The notes: a model not told the origin generated them from the sequence alone. 64,000 nt of DNA from Mobula hypostoma (GCF_963921235.1 NC_086097.1:169820001-169884000), one strand, 5' to 3'; counted from the stretch's first letter, positions 25,883 through 40,037 are shown. Numbers and translations: made by a program.

Positions 25883-27601
25883 GCACAGAACACAAAACAC
25901 TGCAGCATAGCCCACGATGTTACCCCAACCTCTATAAACCTACTCCATGGTCAATCTGTCCCATCCTTCCTACACGACCCATACCACTCCACTTTTCTTA
26001 CATCCATGTGTCTAAGAGTCTTGAAGTTACCAATGTATCAGCCTCTACCACCATCCCTGGCAGTGCATTCCAGGCATCTACCACTCTGTGTAAAAACCTA
26101 CCGTTGACATCTTCCCTAAACTTTGCTCCACTCATCTTTAATAGAGAGGAAAGAATGAGGCAAGAGGAGAAGGATAAATCCCTGGAAGAGTCAGTTACTG
26201 TCTTCTGATAGAAGGTCATCAACCTGCACCATTAATTCTGTTTTTCTCTCTCCACTGAACTGTGTGATATGCTGAGTAGTTTCCAACATACTCCTTTACT
26301 TTAAGTTTCCAGTAGCTCTGGGGGCTTTGCTATTGCTTGCTTGGTGGGTGGTTGGAGCTGATGGAACAGACTGGGGGAGGGTTGATGCTTTGCCACTGCT
26401 TGTGCATGGGAGGGGGTGGGGGTCTTTGGGGTTGTAGTGTTTTTCTGTCATTCATTCTTTGGGGTTTTCTTCTGTTTTGTGGATGTTTGTGAAGAGTAAG
26501 AATTTCAGGTTGTATACTATATACATTTTCTGATATTAAATGGAACCATTGAACTGTGTTGTTCTGTATTTCTGATTTCTAACATTAGCTATTTCCCTGT
26601 CTCTGTCCTCATTCATCTCCCTCTACTGACACCTTTGCTTGACAGATAAACTGAGATTAACACAAAAGCACAAGAAAATTGGAGCAGGAGTAGGCCACAG
26701 GCCTCTCAAGACTGCCTCAAATTCAATGGGATCACGGCTGATCTATGCTGGCTTCAATTCCTCTTCAGTGCCAATTCCTCATTACCCTCAATTTTTTTAA
26801 CCTTTCAAATATTTATCTACCTCCACTTTAAGTCACGGAGTTATACAACATTGAAACAGGCCCACCAGCCAAAATGGTCCATGAGGTTCAAGATATCCCA
26901 TCTAAGCTAGTCCCCTTTGCCCGAAACTATTATTTTCCACAATGATGTTTGTGGTGACATTTTATCAAATGCCTTCTGGACATCCAAGTATGTTACATCT
27001 ACTAGTTTCTCAAAATAAACAGCACATTACCGTCTTAAAAACTTCAATAAATAGATCAAATATAATTCCTCCTCCCTCCCAAAAAGGTTGACTTTGTCCA
27101 ACTATCTTGAGTTTGTCTAAGTGCCCTGCTGGATTGTCTTTTGTAATAGCTGTTAATTTATCTTTTAGAATGAACTATCAGACCTAAATCGTTAACTAAC
27201 ATACATGGTTTAGAAGGAGTAATTAATGAGACTGAGACACAAGATGCTGGGATCTGGAGCTAAACACAATCTTCTGCAGAAACACAGCAGGCCAGGAAGC
27301 CTCTGCAGAGGGAAAGAAATGGTTGACATTTCAGGCCAAGTACATACATTAAATAGATAAATTCTTGAAAAGCAAGGGAGTTGAAGTTCCAGCTTATTGT
27401 TATGGGCATAAATACAAAGGAAAAAATTAGAAACAGAATCAGGTTTAATATTGGCATATGTCATGAAATCTGTAGTTTTGCAGCAGCAATATATTGCAAT
27501 ATGTAATAAAAGCTATAAATTACAATAAGAAAATTATAAAAATAAAACTAAATAAGTAGAGCAAAAAGAAAGCAAAAAGTTAGCTTTTTACAGCAACAGC
27601 A

Positions 27602-30012
27602 CATTGTTAAATATCGTTTATACTCCCTCACAAAATGTTCCTGAGTGTGTTATTTCTTTAGATGCCGAGAAAGCTTTTGATAGAGTAGAATGGCCTTATT
27701 TATTTAAGGTGCTTGAAATGTTTAATTTTAGCTTGAAATTTATATCCTGGATTAAACTGTTATATTACTCCCCTGTAGCCTCGGTTCGTACTAACTCCTT
27801 AAACTCACCTTTTTTTCCTCTCTTTCGTGGTACTCGACAAGGCTGTCCTCTTAGTCCCCTATTATTTGATATTGCATTAGAACCTCTTGCAATTGCTATT
27901 CGAGAATCTTTAAATATTACTGGGATAACTCGGGGATTAAAGTCCCATAAATTATCACTCTATGCTGATGATTTACTTTTATATATTTCTAATCCTGAGA
28001 GATCCATTCCTGCTGTTTTAGAGTTATTAGCACAATTTGGTCTTTTCTCAGGTTATAAATTAAATCTTAGTAAGAGTGAACTTTTTCCGATTAATAAACA
28101 TCTTCCCTTATATTATAAATTTCCATTTAAATTGATTAATAATTACTTTTCATATCTTGGGATTAAAATTACTTGTAAACATAAAGATTTATTTAAGACT
28201 AACTTTTTACCATTAATAGACCATATTACTCAACTTTCATCTAAATGGTTTCCCTTATATTTAACTTTGATTGGTCGTATTAATGCAGTTAAGATGTTTT
28301 TTTTGCCAAAATTTTTATATGTGTTTCAGGCATTACCAATTTTCGTTCCTAAATCTTTTTTTGATAAAGTTGACTCTAAAATTTCTTCATTTATTTGGCA
28401 GAACAAGAATCCGAGACTGGGTAAAATACATTTACAGAAAGCTAAGAGAGATGGAGGTTTAGCATTACCTAACTTTAGATTTTATTATTGGGCTATTAAT
28501 ATTCGACATATGAAATTTTGGTTACTTGACCGGGACATACTATTTATTCCTAAATGGGTAGCATTGGAATTACAATCTGTTCAGGGTTATACACTTGGTT
28601 CTATTTTAGGTTCCTCTCTTCCTTTTGATTCGAAACGTCTTAAGCAGGTCTCTAACCCGATAGTTAAATATGCTTTGCGCATTTGGTTTCAATTCAGAAA
28701 ATTTTTTGATCTTAATCAATTCGGGTTAGCGATTCCTATTTTAGGTAACATATTTTTTCCTCCCTCTTTTACGGATCGCGCTTTTCAAACTTGGAAGACT
28801 AAGGGTATTTTACGGTTTTTGGATTTATTTTTAGATGGTTCCCTTATGTCTTTTGAACAATTATCTAATAAATATAACTTATCAAGAATACATTTTTTTA
28901 GATATTTACAAGTTAGAAATTTCCTAAGTACTATACTTACTTCCTTTCCAATGCTTCCTCCTATATATATTTTAGATTCGATAATTAACCTTAATCCATG
29001 TCAGAAAGGTGCATCGGCTATGATTTATAATATTATTATGAAACTTAGGAAAGCTCCATTTGATAAGATTAGGGTAGATTGGGAACAGGAATTGGGGCTT
29101 ACCATTTCTGTGGATGATTGGGGGCAGATTTTACAATTAGTTAATACTTCCTCTATTTGTGCTAAACATTCCCTAATTCAATTTAAAGTGGTTCATAGAG
29201 CACATATGTCCAAAGATAAGTTAGCGCGTTTTTACTCGCATATTAATCCTTTCTGTGATAGATGTTCGGGGCAGATAGCCTCTTTAACTCATATGTTTTG
29301 GTCTTGCCCTACTTTGGAAACTTTTTGGAGAGATATTTTCAATATTATTTCTAAGGTATTAAATATAGATATCTCTCCTCACCCTATTACTGCTATCTTT
29401 GGACTACCTAAAATTTCTAGTAATCTTTCCCCTTCAGCGCGTAGAATGATTGCATTTCTTACTTTAATGGCGAAAAGATGTATTTTACAACATTGGAAAG
29501 AGCTTAATGCTCCAACTACCTTTTTTTGGTTTTCTCAGACGATTTTATGTTTGAATCTGGAGAAAATTAGAAGTAACCTTTATGATTCTTCATTTAAATT
29601 TGAACAGATTTGGGGACCTTTTATTCGATATTTTCATTTAATGTAATATTTACCCTTCTTGTTTTCTCTTCACTGTTTTAATGGAGGTCGGGATTGAGGA
29701 CGTGATTTTAAGTTTAACTCTGTTTGGTTTCAAGTTAGCCCATTGCTTTGCTTTGCTTTTAGTTAGTTGCACGGTGGGTTTTTTTTTTGGGGTTTTTTTT
29801 TTCTTTTTTTCCATTGATATATATAAAATCTAGTATACTATTATGTTATCTTGGTTTCTTATGCTTAAATTACATTGTTTGTAGTATTTTCTTTTTGGTA
29901 TTGTTATCTTTTGGAATTTTATTATACTTTAACATTGTATTAATGTTTATATGGCTTACCTTTTTTGTATACTTACTCAATAAAAAGATTTAAAAAGAAA
30001 GAAAAAGAAAGA
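27602..30012 (+). mobile_element. L1-clade LINE, 5'-truncated, with an uninterrupted 680-aa ORF2 portion
   Basis: LDAEKAFDRVEW, GTRQGCPLSP, YADD and a C-terminal zinc knuckle CDRC-x7-HMFWSC. T-rich 3' UTR, AATAAA at 29979, A/G-rich tail. Confidence 0.95.
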
Positions 30013-32283
30013 CACCTCTTCAGTAAAATGAGTGAACTTCAGCTTTCAATATATAAAGAGAAGTGATAAAATATTCATTAAATCTGAAAAGGTCATTAAT
30101 CAGGATCAGTATTTAGTCTGTTCAGTTGAATATTTCTCAAAGGAACATCTGTTTGACTAATGTTTAATATGTATTCTCTTACATATGTTTAATGTGTATT
30201 CTCTTACATATCTTAAATGCTTTGTTAATATGTTAGCTATAAATTCCCTATGGTTCTTTTTATGTGCTGCTTTGTATTAAGTTAACAAATCTAGTGCTAT
30301 CCCATCTTATTGTGCATGTGTATCTGAAGTGATGCTTGTATGAATTCAGTAAAGTACACTTTTCTATTTGTATATATTAAGTTGTATGTGATACTGAAAG
30401 CATTACTGATGGAAGATCTTAATGTATGTGAAATGGTTTATCTGTTGAAGAAGCGATTGTTTTGTTACAAATAAGAAATTACATTTGAAGTACCATATGT
30501 TTTCTTATTTAAGTAAGCAGTGAATGAAAACTTAATCTATTAGTGTTTCATACATACTTAACCCAAGACAGATGTAGTGAGTCTTGATGTTAAGACATTG
30601 GTGCAACACATGGTAATATTAATGCATCAATTGGAGTTATCTGCTTTCATTTCCACATCTCTTATTGTTCTACAAAGGATTCATTCTCAAAATTATGTTG
30701 TTGTCTCTGCTCCAAAAGTCAGGTAATAAAGAATGTTGTGTAAGATGTAAGTTGCTTCACAACTTCAAGATGTCCCAGGAGCTTTATAGGCAATAAAGGC
30801 ATTTTGAAGTATTGTCATAGTTGTATTGCCAGAAGCAAATCAAGTTGCGCACAGCAAGGTCACATGGACTGGAATGTGACCGTGTACCAGTCAATTGAAT
30901 TTTTTTATATATAAGGGTAGTAGAGTAAGTCAAGGCAAGTCAAGTTTATTGTCATTTAACTGTATACATGCATATAATTTATATAACCATATAATGTATA
31001 TAGAAACGAGACAACTTTTCCTTGAACCAGGGTCTAACACAGATAACACAAGATACTAATGAAGGTAAGGATAAAATGCACACATAAATAACAAGCTAAA
31101 GTGCAATCATGTTAAATATTGTAATGCATGGAACAGATTAACTAGTGACACTTTGAATAAATATTGATTTGGTATTTTTACTCATCTTCTGGGGTTTGTA
31201 GCGCTTTGGAAATCAAATGAGGAATGGCTTTAATCTGAAAGTCAGAAGTGTATCCCCTCCACACTGCATTTGAGTATTGACCTAGATCATTATGTACAAG
31301 TCTATGGAGTTGTCTTGTAGTCAGGGATTGGATGGCTACTAATTACTATGAAAGTATTATGATAGAAGGTTCAAAAATGATCAGAATATGAGCAGAGGAC
31401 TTGTGACCATTCCCGTGGTCTTTTGGACATTTAGAGTCGTAGAATCATACAGCATATAAATGAGCCCTTTGGCCCAAATAGGCCAAGCTGACCAAAGTTC
31501 CTATCCAGCTCAGCCCTTGCTTAATGGTATTGGTCCATGGCATAAAAAAACCTTTCCTATCCATGTACCTGTCCACATATCTTTTAAATGTGGATAAAAC
31601 ACCTGCCTCAACCACTTCTTCTGGCAGCTCATTTCATATATAGACCATGCTTTTGGTGAAAAAGTTGCCCCTCAAATTCCTTTTTAATCTCTCACCTCTC
31701 ATCTTAAACCTATGACCTTTAGTTCTTGATTAAATTTACATCATTCTTCAGGCCATGACACTCAGGGACTTTGCCTGTATTATGTATTCTTTATTGTAAG
31801 TTGTACTGCTGTTGTAATTATATGTGCTATATGTGCCTTGTGCTGTGTGTGACTGTTGGTGCTGTGTCTTTATAATACCTTGACTGCAGAGGTATGCTGT
31901 TCTCTTTGGTTGTAATCAAGTGTATGGTCGAATGACAATTAAATTTGATCTTGATAACTTGATTCCCCCACCCTGAGAAAAAGGCTGTCTGCATTCACCC
32001 TATCTATGGGCCATTTGTTTTGAAAATTATTAGACAAAGGAGATGAGTGAGGATCAAAGATAGCATGATCCATCCAAAAACTGCAGATCTCCTTAGGCAG
32101 ATCTTTCCTATACAGACCTTGTGACATTAATAATTTTCTCCTCTGAAATGAAAACTTTAAATACTTGACCAAACCAACTTGTTTGAACTTAAGAGCCCAA
32201 ATATCAAATGTATCATACCATTCGAAAACTTAATTTAGAATTCCTGTCTTATCTTTATCACTATTCCACAGAGGAATCTTTGC

Positions 32284-32840
32284 TATAATAACCCTCAGGT
32301 TCTGTCGGCTGTGTAAGTCGAGGGAAGCCAATCTCTGGCTCTGCCAAACGGGTGAGATTGAGATGTGAGCCCACCCCGAAACCCCCTGTTTGTGTGGATG
32401 CTGAGTGATTTGTTACCCTGTTACAAATCAATACCACAAAATATCAGACAGTACACCAAATACAATTAAACAGTTTAGCTTTATAATTCTTAATTTAACT
32501 ACAGGGTTAGTGAAGAAAAAGCAAAAAAAAGAAAAGGGCCCATTTTAAATGAAACAGTCTAATGTGCACAAGTTGGAGCTCATGGTTTCCCCTTTGCCGA
32601 TCCTCCTTCGATCTCCCTGGCCTTTGTCGGATCATGGCTCCACTCCGGCGTCTTCTGGCTTCATCACCCACCAAACAAAAGACCCAGATCACCCCGGTGT
32701 CAGGCACACAGCACAAAAACACCCTCCTGTCATTGGACGGCTCACATTCCAAAACACCCGTTATCTCTGACCATAACCCAAACACTGCCTCTATAGAAAG
32801 ACCATTACATTAGCAGTGAAACCTTTCCCAGGGTGTTACA
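32284..32840 (-). mobile_element. Solo LTR (Gypsy-like)
   Basis: Minus strand starts TGTAACACCC and ends GGGTTATTATA (imperfect terminal inverted repeat); ~557 bp, CpG-richer than the flanks. Confidence 0.6.
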
Positions 32841-34921
32841 CTATAATTACAAGTCTGCCTTGCTTTATTGCACAATGTTCTTCTTAATTTATTTGCTTGT
32901 AATATTGTTCTAGAAAACAATCTTGAATGCGTGCTATGATTAACTCCTTGATTTGATTTATCCAAGGATTTTCCAGATGATTGAAATATCTTTAAAACAC
33001 ACATACAATTGTTTTTCCAGTTTCCTATCTTCTTTTGATTTATCCCAATGATTTCCATAAACTATTCCTCACTGCACTTTCTGTCCATTATTTATCCTTG
33101 GCTCCATTCACACTGATTTTCCCTGAGCTATGTTGCATTCTTTATTATCAGGGCTACCGAGATGCGGCTCCTGAGAGACCGTGTTAGGGATCTGGAGCTG
33201 CGGCTCGATGACCTACAGCTTATTAGGGAAAGTGATCAGGTGATAGTTAGGATCTACAGGGAGTAAGTCACCTCGAGGCTGCAGGAGTTAGATAAGTGGG
33301 TGACTGTCAGGGAAGGGATGGGAAGAGCTCTGATAGTAGAGAGTGCCCCTGTGACCATGCCCCTCAGTAATCGTTATCTTGTTTTGGATGCTGTTGGGGG
33401 GGGGCACGGAAATGACCTGACAGGACGACCACTGCGATTGTGTCTCTGGCACTGATCCTGATTCCGTGGTGCATAAGGGAGAGAAGAAGATGAGGAATGT
33501 GGTAGTCATCGGGGATTCCATAGTGAGGAGAACAGACAGGAGATTTTGTCAGCCTGATAGAGATATCCCCATGGTGTGTTGCCGCCTAGGTGCCGGGATA
33601 CAGGATGTCTTGGATCAGGTGCAGAGTATTCTGAAGGGAGAGGGTGAACAGTCAGAAGTCTTGGTACACATTGGTACCAATGACATAGGTAGAAAAAGGG
33701 AGGAGGTCCTGAAGAGAGAATTCAGGGAGTTGGGTAGGAAGCTGAAAAGCAGGACCTCCATGGTAGTAATCTCAGGATTGCTGCCTGTGCTACGTGTTAA
33801 TGAGCTCAAGAATAGCATGATCAGGCATATTAATGCATGGCTGAGAGACTGGTGTATGAAGCTGGGCTTCGGGTTCCTGGATCATTGGGGGCATCTTCTG
33901 GGGGAGGTGCGACCTGTACAAAAAGGACGGGTTACACCTGAACCCAAAGGGGTCCAATATCCTAGCAGGCAGGTTTAATAGAGCTGTCAGGGAGGGTTTA
34001 AACTAATTTGGCAGGGGGATGGGAACCGGAGTGATAGGGCTGAGGAAGGGGAAAACAGAAACCAAAGATAGTGTGCAACAGATGATGGAAAGGACAGGCA
34101 GGAGATGAGGCATAATCACAGCCAGTGGGAAGAGTCAGAAGGCAATAGAGGCGTGGTGCAGTTAAAACAGAAAGCAATAAATACTGGACTGAAAGTGCTA
34201 TATTTGAATGCATGCAGCATAAGAAATAAAATGGACGGTCTTGAAATTCAGCTACAGATTGGCATGTATGACGTTGTGGCCATCTCTGAAACTTGGCTGA
34301 ACGACGGCCGCCGTTGGGAGATGAACATCTAAGGATATACGGTATATTGGAAAGACAGGTTAATAGGCAGAGGGTGTAGTGTGGCCCTGTGTATAAGAAA
34401 TAATATTAAATCATTAGAAAGGGATGACATAGGATCGGAAGGTGTTGAGTCTCTATAGGTTGAGTTAAGAAATGGCAAGGGTAAAAGGGCCCAAATGCCA
34501 GTTGTATACAGGCTTCCAAACAGCAGCCGGGATGTGGATTACAAATTACAGCAGAAGATAGAAAAGGCGTGTCAGAAGGGCAATGTCATGATAATCGTTG
34601 GGGATTTTAACATGAAAGTGGATTGGGAAAACCAGGCCGGTACTGGACATCAAGAGAGAGAATTTGTAGAATGTCTAAGGGATGCCTTTTTAGAACAACT
34701 TGTTGTTGAGCCCACTAAGGGATCGGCTGTGCTGGATTGGGGGTTGTGCAATGATCCAGAGGTGATAAGAGTGCTAAGGAACCCTTAGATAAGAGAGATA
34801 AGAGAGGTGATAAGAGAGTTAAGGAACCCTTAGGGAACAGTGATCATGATATGATTGAGCAACACACATCAAAGTTGCTGGTGAACGCAGCAGGCCAGGC
34901 AGCATCTCTAGGAAGAGGTAC

Positions 34922-34957
34922 AGTCGACGTTTCGGGCCGAGACCCTTTGTCAGGACT
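34922..34957 (-). ncRNA. Minimal type I hammerhead ribozyme motif (one core substitution)
   Basis: Reverse strand AGTC-CTGACAA-A-GGGTCTCGGCCC-GAAAC-GTC-GACT: GUC cleavage triplet intact, CUGAnGA changed to CUGAnAA. Confidence 0.7.
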
Positions 34958-35308
34958 AACTGAAAGAAGAGCTAGTAAGAGATTTGAAAGTTGGAGGGGG
35001 AGGGGGAGATCCAAAATGATAGGAGAAGACAGGAGGGGGAGGGATGGAGCCAAGAGCTGGACAAGTGATTGACAAAAGGGATATGAGAGGATCATGGGAC
35101 AGGAGGCCCAGGGAGAAGGAAAAGGGGGAGGGGGGGAAAACCCAGAGGATGGGCAAGGGGTATAATCAGAGGGACAGAGGGAGAAAAAGGAGAGAGAGAG
35201 AGAGAAAGAATGTGTGTGTATAAATAAATAACGGATGGGGTACGAGGGGGAGGTGGGGCATTAGCAGAAGTTAGAGAAGTCAATGTTTACGAGGGGGAGG
35301 TGAGGCAT

Positions 35309-35470
35309 TTTGATGTGTGTTGCTTGAATTTCTAGTTTGATGTGTGTTGCTTGAATTTCCATTTGATGTGTGTTGCTTGAATTTCCAGTTTGATGTGTGT
35401 TGCTTGAATTTCCAGTTTGATGTGTGTTGCTTGAATTTCCAGTTTTGATGTGTGTTGCTTGAATTTCCAG
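35309..35470 (+). repeat. 6 x 26-28 bp tandem repeat TTTGATGTGTGTTGCTTGAATTTCCAG
   Basis: Six head-to-tail units without spacers. The unit matches the single-copy PLE terminus at ~63640-63666. Confidence 0.95.
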
Positions 35471-38400
35471 CATCTGCAGAATTCCTCGTGTTTACGATAT
35501 GATCGAGTTCAGTTTGAATTTGAGAAGGAGAAACTAAATTCCAATGTGTCGGTTATTTCAGTGGAATAAAGGAAATTACAATGGCATGAGAGGGGAACTG
35601 GCCAAGGTTGACTGGAAAGGGACACTAGCAGGAAGGACAGTGGCTGGAGTTTCTCCAAAAAATGAGAGAAGTGCAAGACAGATATATTCCAAATAAGAAG
35701 AAATTTTCAAATGGAAGAAGGACACTACCGTGGCTGACAAGTGAAGTCAAAGCCAAAGTAAAAGCAAAAGAGAGGGCATACAAGGAAGCCAAAGCTAGAG
35801 GGAAGGTAGAAGATTGGGAAGCTTTTAAAAACTTTCAGAAGAAAACTAAAAAGGTCATTAGGAAGGAAAAGATGAATTATGAAAGGAAGCTGGTGACTAC
35901 TATCAAAGAAGATACTAAAAGCTTTTATAAGTATATAAAGGGTAAAAGAGAGTTGAGGGTAGATATAGGACCCATACAAAATGATGCTGGAGATATTGTA
36001 ATGAGAGACACAGAGATGGCAGAGGAACTGAATGCATATTTTGCATCAGTCTTCACAGTGGAAGATGTCTGCAGTATACCAGACATGCAAGAGTGTCAGG
36101 GAAGTGAAGTATGTGCAGTGAAAAATAGGATTGAGAAGGTGCTCAGGAAGCTTAATGGTCTGAGGGTGGATAAATCTCCCGGACCTGATGGAATGCACCC
36201 TTGGGTTCTGAAGGAAGCAGCTGGAGAGATTGCAGAGGCATTAACAATGATCTTTCAAGAAACGATAGATTCTGGCATTGTACCGGATGATTCGAAAACT
36301 GCAAATGTTACTCTGCTATTTAAGAAGGGTGGGGGGCAGCAGAAAGGAAACTATAGACCTTTTAGTCTGACATCAGTGGTCGGGAAGTTGTTGGAATCGA
36401 TTGTCAGGGATGAGCTACGGAATACCTGGAGGCACATGACAAGATAGGCCAAAGCCAGCATGGTTTCCTGAAAGGAAAATTCTGTCTGACTAACCTACTG
36501 CAGTATCTTGAGGAAACTACAAGCAGGGTAGACAAAGGAGATACAGTAGATGTGGTGTACAGTACTTGGATTTTCAGAAGGACTTTGACAAGGTGCCGCA
36601 TATGAGGCTGCTTAGCAAGATAAGGGCCTGTAGAATTACAGGGGAGTTACTAGCATGGGTGGAGCATTGGCTGATCGGCAGAAAACAGAGAGTGGGAATA
36701 AAGGGATCCTATTCTGGCTGGCTGCCGGTTACCAGTGGAGTTCCATAGGGGTTGGTTTTGGGACCGCTGCTTTTTACGATGTATGTCAATGATTTGGACT
36801 ATGGGATTAATGAATTTGTGGCTAAATTTCCCGATGATACAAAGATAGCTGGAGGAGCAGGTAGTGTTGAGGAAACAGAGAGCCTGCAGCGAGACCTAGA
36901 TAGTTTAGGGGAATGGGAAAAGAAGTGGCAAATGAAACACAATGTTGGAAAGTGTGTGGTCATGCACTTTGGTGGAAGAAATAAACAGGCAGACTATTAT
37001 TTAGATGGGGACAGAATTCAAAATGCAGAGATGCAAAGGGACTTGGGAGTCCTTGTACAGGATACTCTAAAGGTTAACCTCCAGGTTGAGTCGGTCGGCG
37101 GTGAAGAAGGCGAACGCAATGTTGGCATTCATTTCTAGAGGTATAGAATATAGGATCAGGGATGTGATGTTGAGGCTCTATAAGGCACTCATGAGACCAC
37201 ACTTTTGGAGTATTGTGTGCAGTTTTGGGCTCCTATTTTAGAAAGGATATACTGACATTGGAGAGGATTCAGAGAAGATTCACGAGAATGATTCCAGGAA
37301 TGAAATGGTTACCATATGAGGAACATCTGGCAGCTCTTGGGCTGTATTCCCTGGAGTTCAGGAAAATGAAAGGGGATCTCATAGAAACATTCCGAATGTT
37401 AAAAGGCCTGAACAGATTAGATATGGCAAAATTATTTCCCATGGTAGGGGAGTCTAGGACAAGAGGGCACAACTTCAGGATTGAAGGACGTCCCTTTAGA
37501 ACTGAGATGCGGAGAAATTACTTTAGTCAGAGGGTGGTAAATCTGTGGAATTTGTTGCCACGTGCGGCTGTGGAGGCCAAGTCATCGTATGCATTTCAGG
37601 CAGAGACAGATAGGTTCTTGATTAGCCAGGGCATCAAAGGGTATGGGGAGAAGACAGGGGAGTGGAGATGACTGGAAGAATTGGATCAGCCCATGATTGA
37701 ATGGCAGACTCGATGGGCCAAATGGCTTACTTCTGCTCCTATATCTTATGGTCTTAAGCTATCTAGATAAGTACATGGAGAAGTGAGGTTTAGAGGGTAC
37801 TGGTCCAATTATAAGCAGATGGAACTAGCTCTCTGAGCAACACATTTGGCATGGATGAGCTGAACCAAAGGCCTGTTTCCTTGTGGTATGACTCCATGCT
37901 GCCACATGTGACTCAGTTGTGTGGTTCACCACCACTCTACAAGACATAATTAGCTATGGGCATTAATTAGCCCTTATCAGTGACACAAAAATCTTTAAAA
38001 TAAAGAAGTTCTGCAAAATTTTACAGACACTTGAAGGTGGTTGTGGGTAATGGGGTTGGACTGTTTTTGCTGGAGCTTAGGAGAATGAGGGGTAATCTTA
38101 CAGACGTATACAAAATCATGGGGGGCATAGATAGGCTGAATGTGCAGTCATTCTCGCAAAGTTGGGGAATCACGAACTAGAGGCATTGGTTTATGGGAGA
38201 GGTTTAATAGGAACCTGAGGGGCAAATCTTTCACCCAGAGGGTGGGTCAGAACATTGAATGAGTGGCAGAGGAAGTGATTGGGACAGGTACAGGAACCCT
38301 TGGACAGGTACGTGGACAGGAAAGGTTTACAGGGCTATGAGCCAAATGGGACCAGCTAAAGTGGAAGTCTTGATCAGTGACACCTAGTTATTGATAATGA

Positions 38401-40037
38401 ACGTAGTTAAGAGAAAAAACAGAGGGCTTGCTGGTTGGAGATGGGGTGGGGGAGAGGGTTGGGGAAAGTAATGGTGGACTGGTGAAATGAGGATGAGGCA
38501 TTCTCATTAGTTCATGTCCAGACAGTTGAATGTGATGTTACAGAGAAAAGAAGGAGGCAAATCATATTATACAGGGTTTTGTGCTTTCTAAGTGAAATAA
38601 AACTATGCAGATGCTGGAGATCTGAAATAAGAATAGAAAAAGCTAAAAAAGGTTCGCAGATCAGACTGTAATTGTGGAAAGAGAAATGCTTAAGATTTCA
38701 TTTTGAAGATCCTTTGTCAGAATTGAGCATCTTGTGGTTTCAACGATGTTTCTAGACTCCACTGAATTCTGATATATGAATATAAAATAGATGCTAGGCT
38801 TTAAACAGTTAGTATGCCATGATCAATACTATAATCAGCAACAGTGCCTTGCAAGTGAAAATCAAAGAATATTCTGCAGATTCTAGAAATCTAAAATTAA
38901 AATAACGTAGAACACTGTAAATACTCAGCAGGTCAGACCACACCTGTGAAAGAGAAATGTTTACTCTGTTTATTATTTCCAGCATTTTATGTTTTATTTC
39001 ACACTACCTTGCATTTATGTAGCACTGTCGATATTGTGAAAATGCCCTAAGCCATTTTGTAAACCCGAGATTCAACAGCTGCTGAAAATCTTGAGCAACA
39101 GCTACAACACCAGCTGGAGGAACTCAGGCAGTCAGTCAGCATCTATGGAGGGAAATAAACAGTTGACGTTTTGGGCCAAGACTCTTCAACAAGACTGTTA
39201 AAAAAAAAATAGGGCAGAGCCAGAATGAGAAGGTGAGAGGCGGGTGGGTAGTGCAAGCTGGCATGTGATAGGTGAGGTCATGTGAGGGGGGGACTTGGTT
39301 GGTTGTTGCTGGGGAAAATGATGTAAGAATCTGGGAGAAAATAGGTGGAAGGAAAGGGAATCTGATTGGAGAGCACAGTGAAATAAAGGGAGCGAGGTGG
39401 CAAACAGGAGGGAGATGATAGGCAGGTCGTATCAAGATGGGAATGTATGCATATGCCATTTTGTAGGTGTACTAGAAAACAGCCTGTTGCTGTGGGAGTT
39501 TAGGGCAGAATGATCAATGACATTTCAAGAAGCCACTTAAATGAGGGAGGAGATTAGAGATTCCAAGTGGTTTAGGGAAATTAATTCCAGCATTTCAGCA
39601 GCTGAAGACATGGCTGTCAGTGATGAAGTGATCAATTAATTTGCTGCTCTAAGTTATATTTGCACCTGCCAATGCAATTTTCATTGTCTGCCATTTAGAG
39701 AACTTCTCAATGTTTGACCTGTGTCAATAATAATAAATAATGTGAGGCAGGAAACATGAAGTGACTAATGCTTATGCTTATTAAACTGAGTAAAATCTAT
39801 TTTCTGCCTGGAAACGGATGAAACTACACTGTTAGGCGAGTCATAAATTAGTGCGTATCTTAGTGTTTGCAGCAGTTAACTGCCTCTCTTTATGCTTGAT
39901 TGAAATATGAGTTTGACCGTGATATACTGTTTGGATAAATGCATCCATGTTCTATACATTACTATGCTATAAGTTCCTCCACCATTGAAGTGCATCAAAT
40001 AAATTTAGTTTGTGAAAAAAAAATCCTTATCTTTCAT

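Larger units (their letters stand above)
34860..35493. mobile_element. Penelope-like element remnant inserted in CR1
   Basis: TSD GATATGAT(T/C)GAG at 34848-34859 and 35496-35507. An inverted PLE repeat is followed by a reiterated forward terminus. Confidence 0.85.
33155..37757 (+). mobile_element. Near-full-length degenerate CR1 LINE (ORF1 esterase, ORF2 endonuclease-RT)
   Basis: GDSIVR...HIGTNDIG (ORF1); LYLNACSIRNK...ISETWL and VGDFN (endonuclease); RT motifs with FPDDTK; TCTTATGGTCTT tail. Split by a PLE at 34860-35493. Confidence 0.95.

Noticed and set aside
27604..29646. 680-aa ORF as a host or domesticated gene
   Set aside because: It begins inside the RT domain at a TTG and ends in an L1-type UTR and tail: a 5'-truncated retrotransposon.
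33466..33978. SGNH/GDSL esterase as a host enzyme
   Set aside because: It is CR1 ORF1, directly upstream of the endonuclease-RT ORF2, with a second copy at 4656-4925.
35309..35470. CRISPR-like array (27-bp repeats)
   Set aside because: Units are head-to-tail with no spacers, there are no cas genes, the context is vertebrate, and the unit is a PLE terminus.
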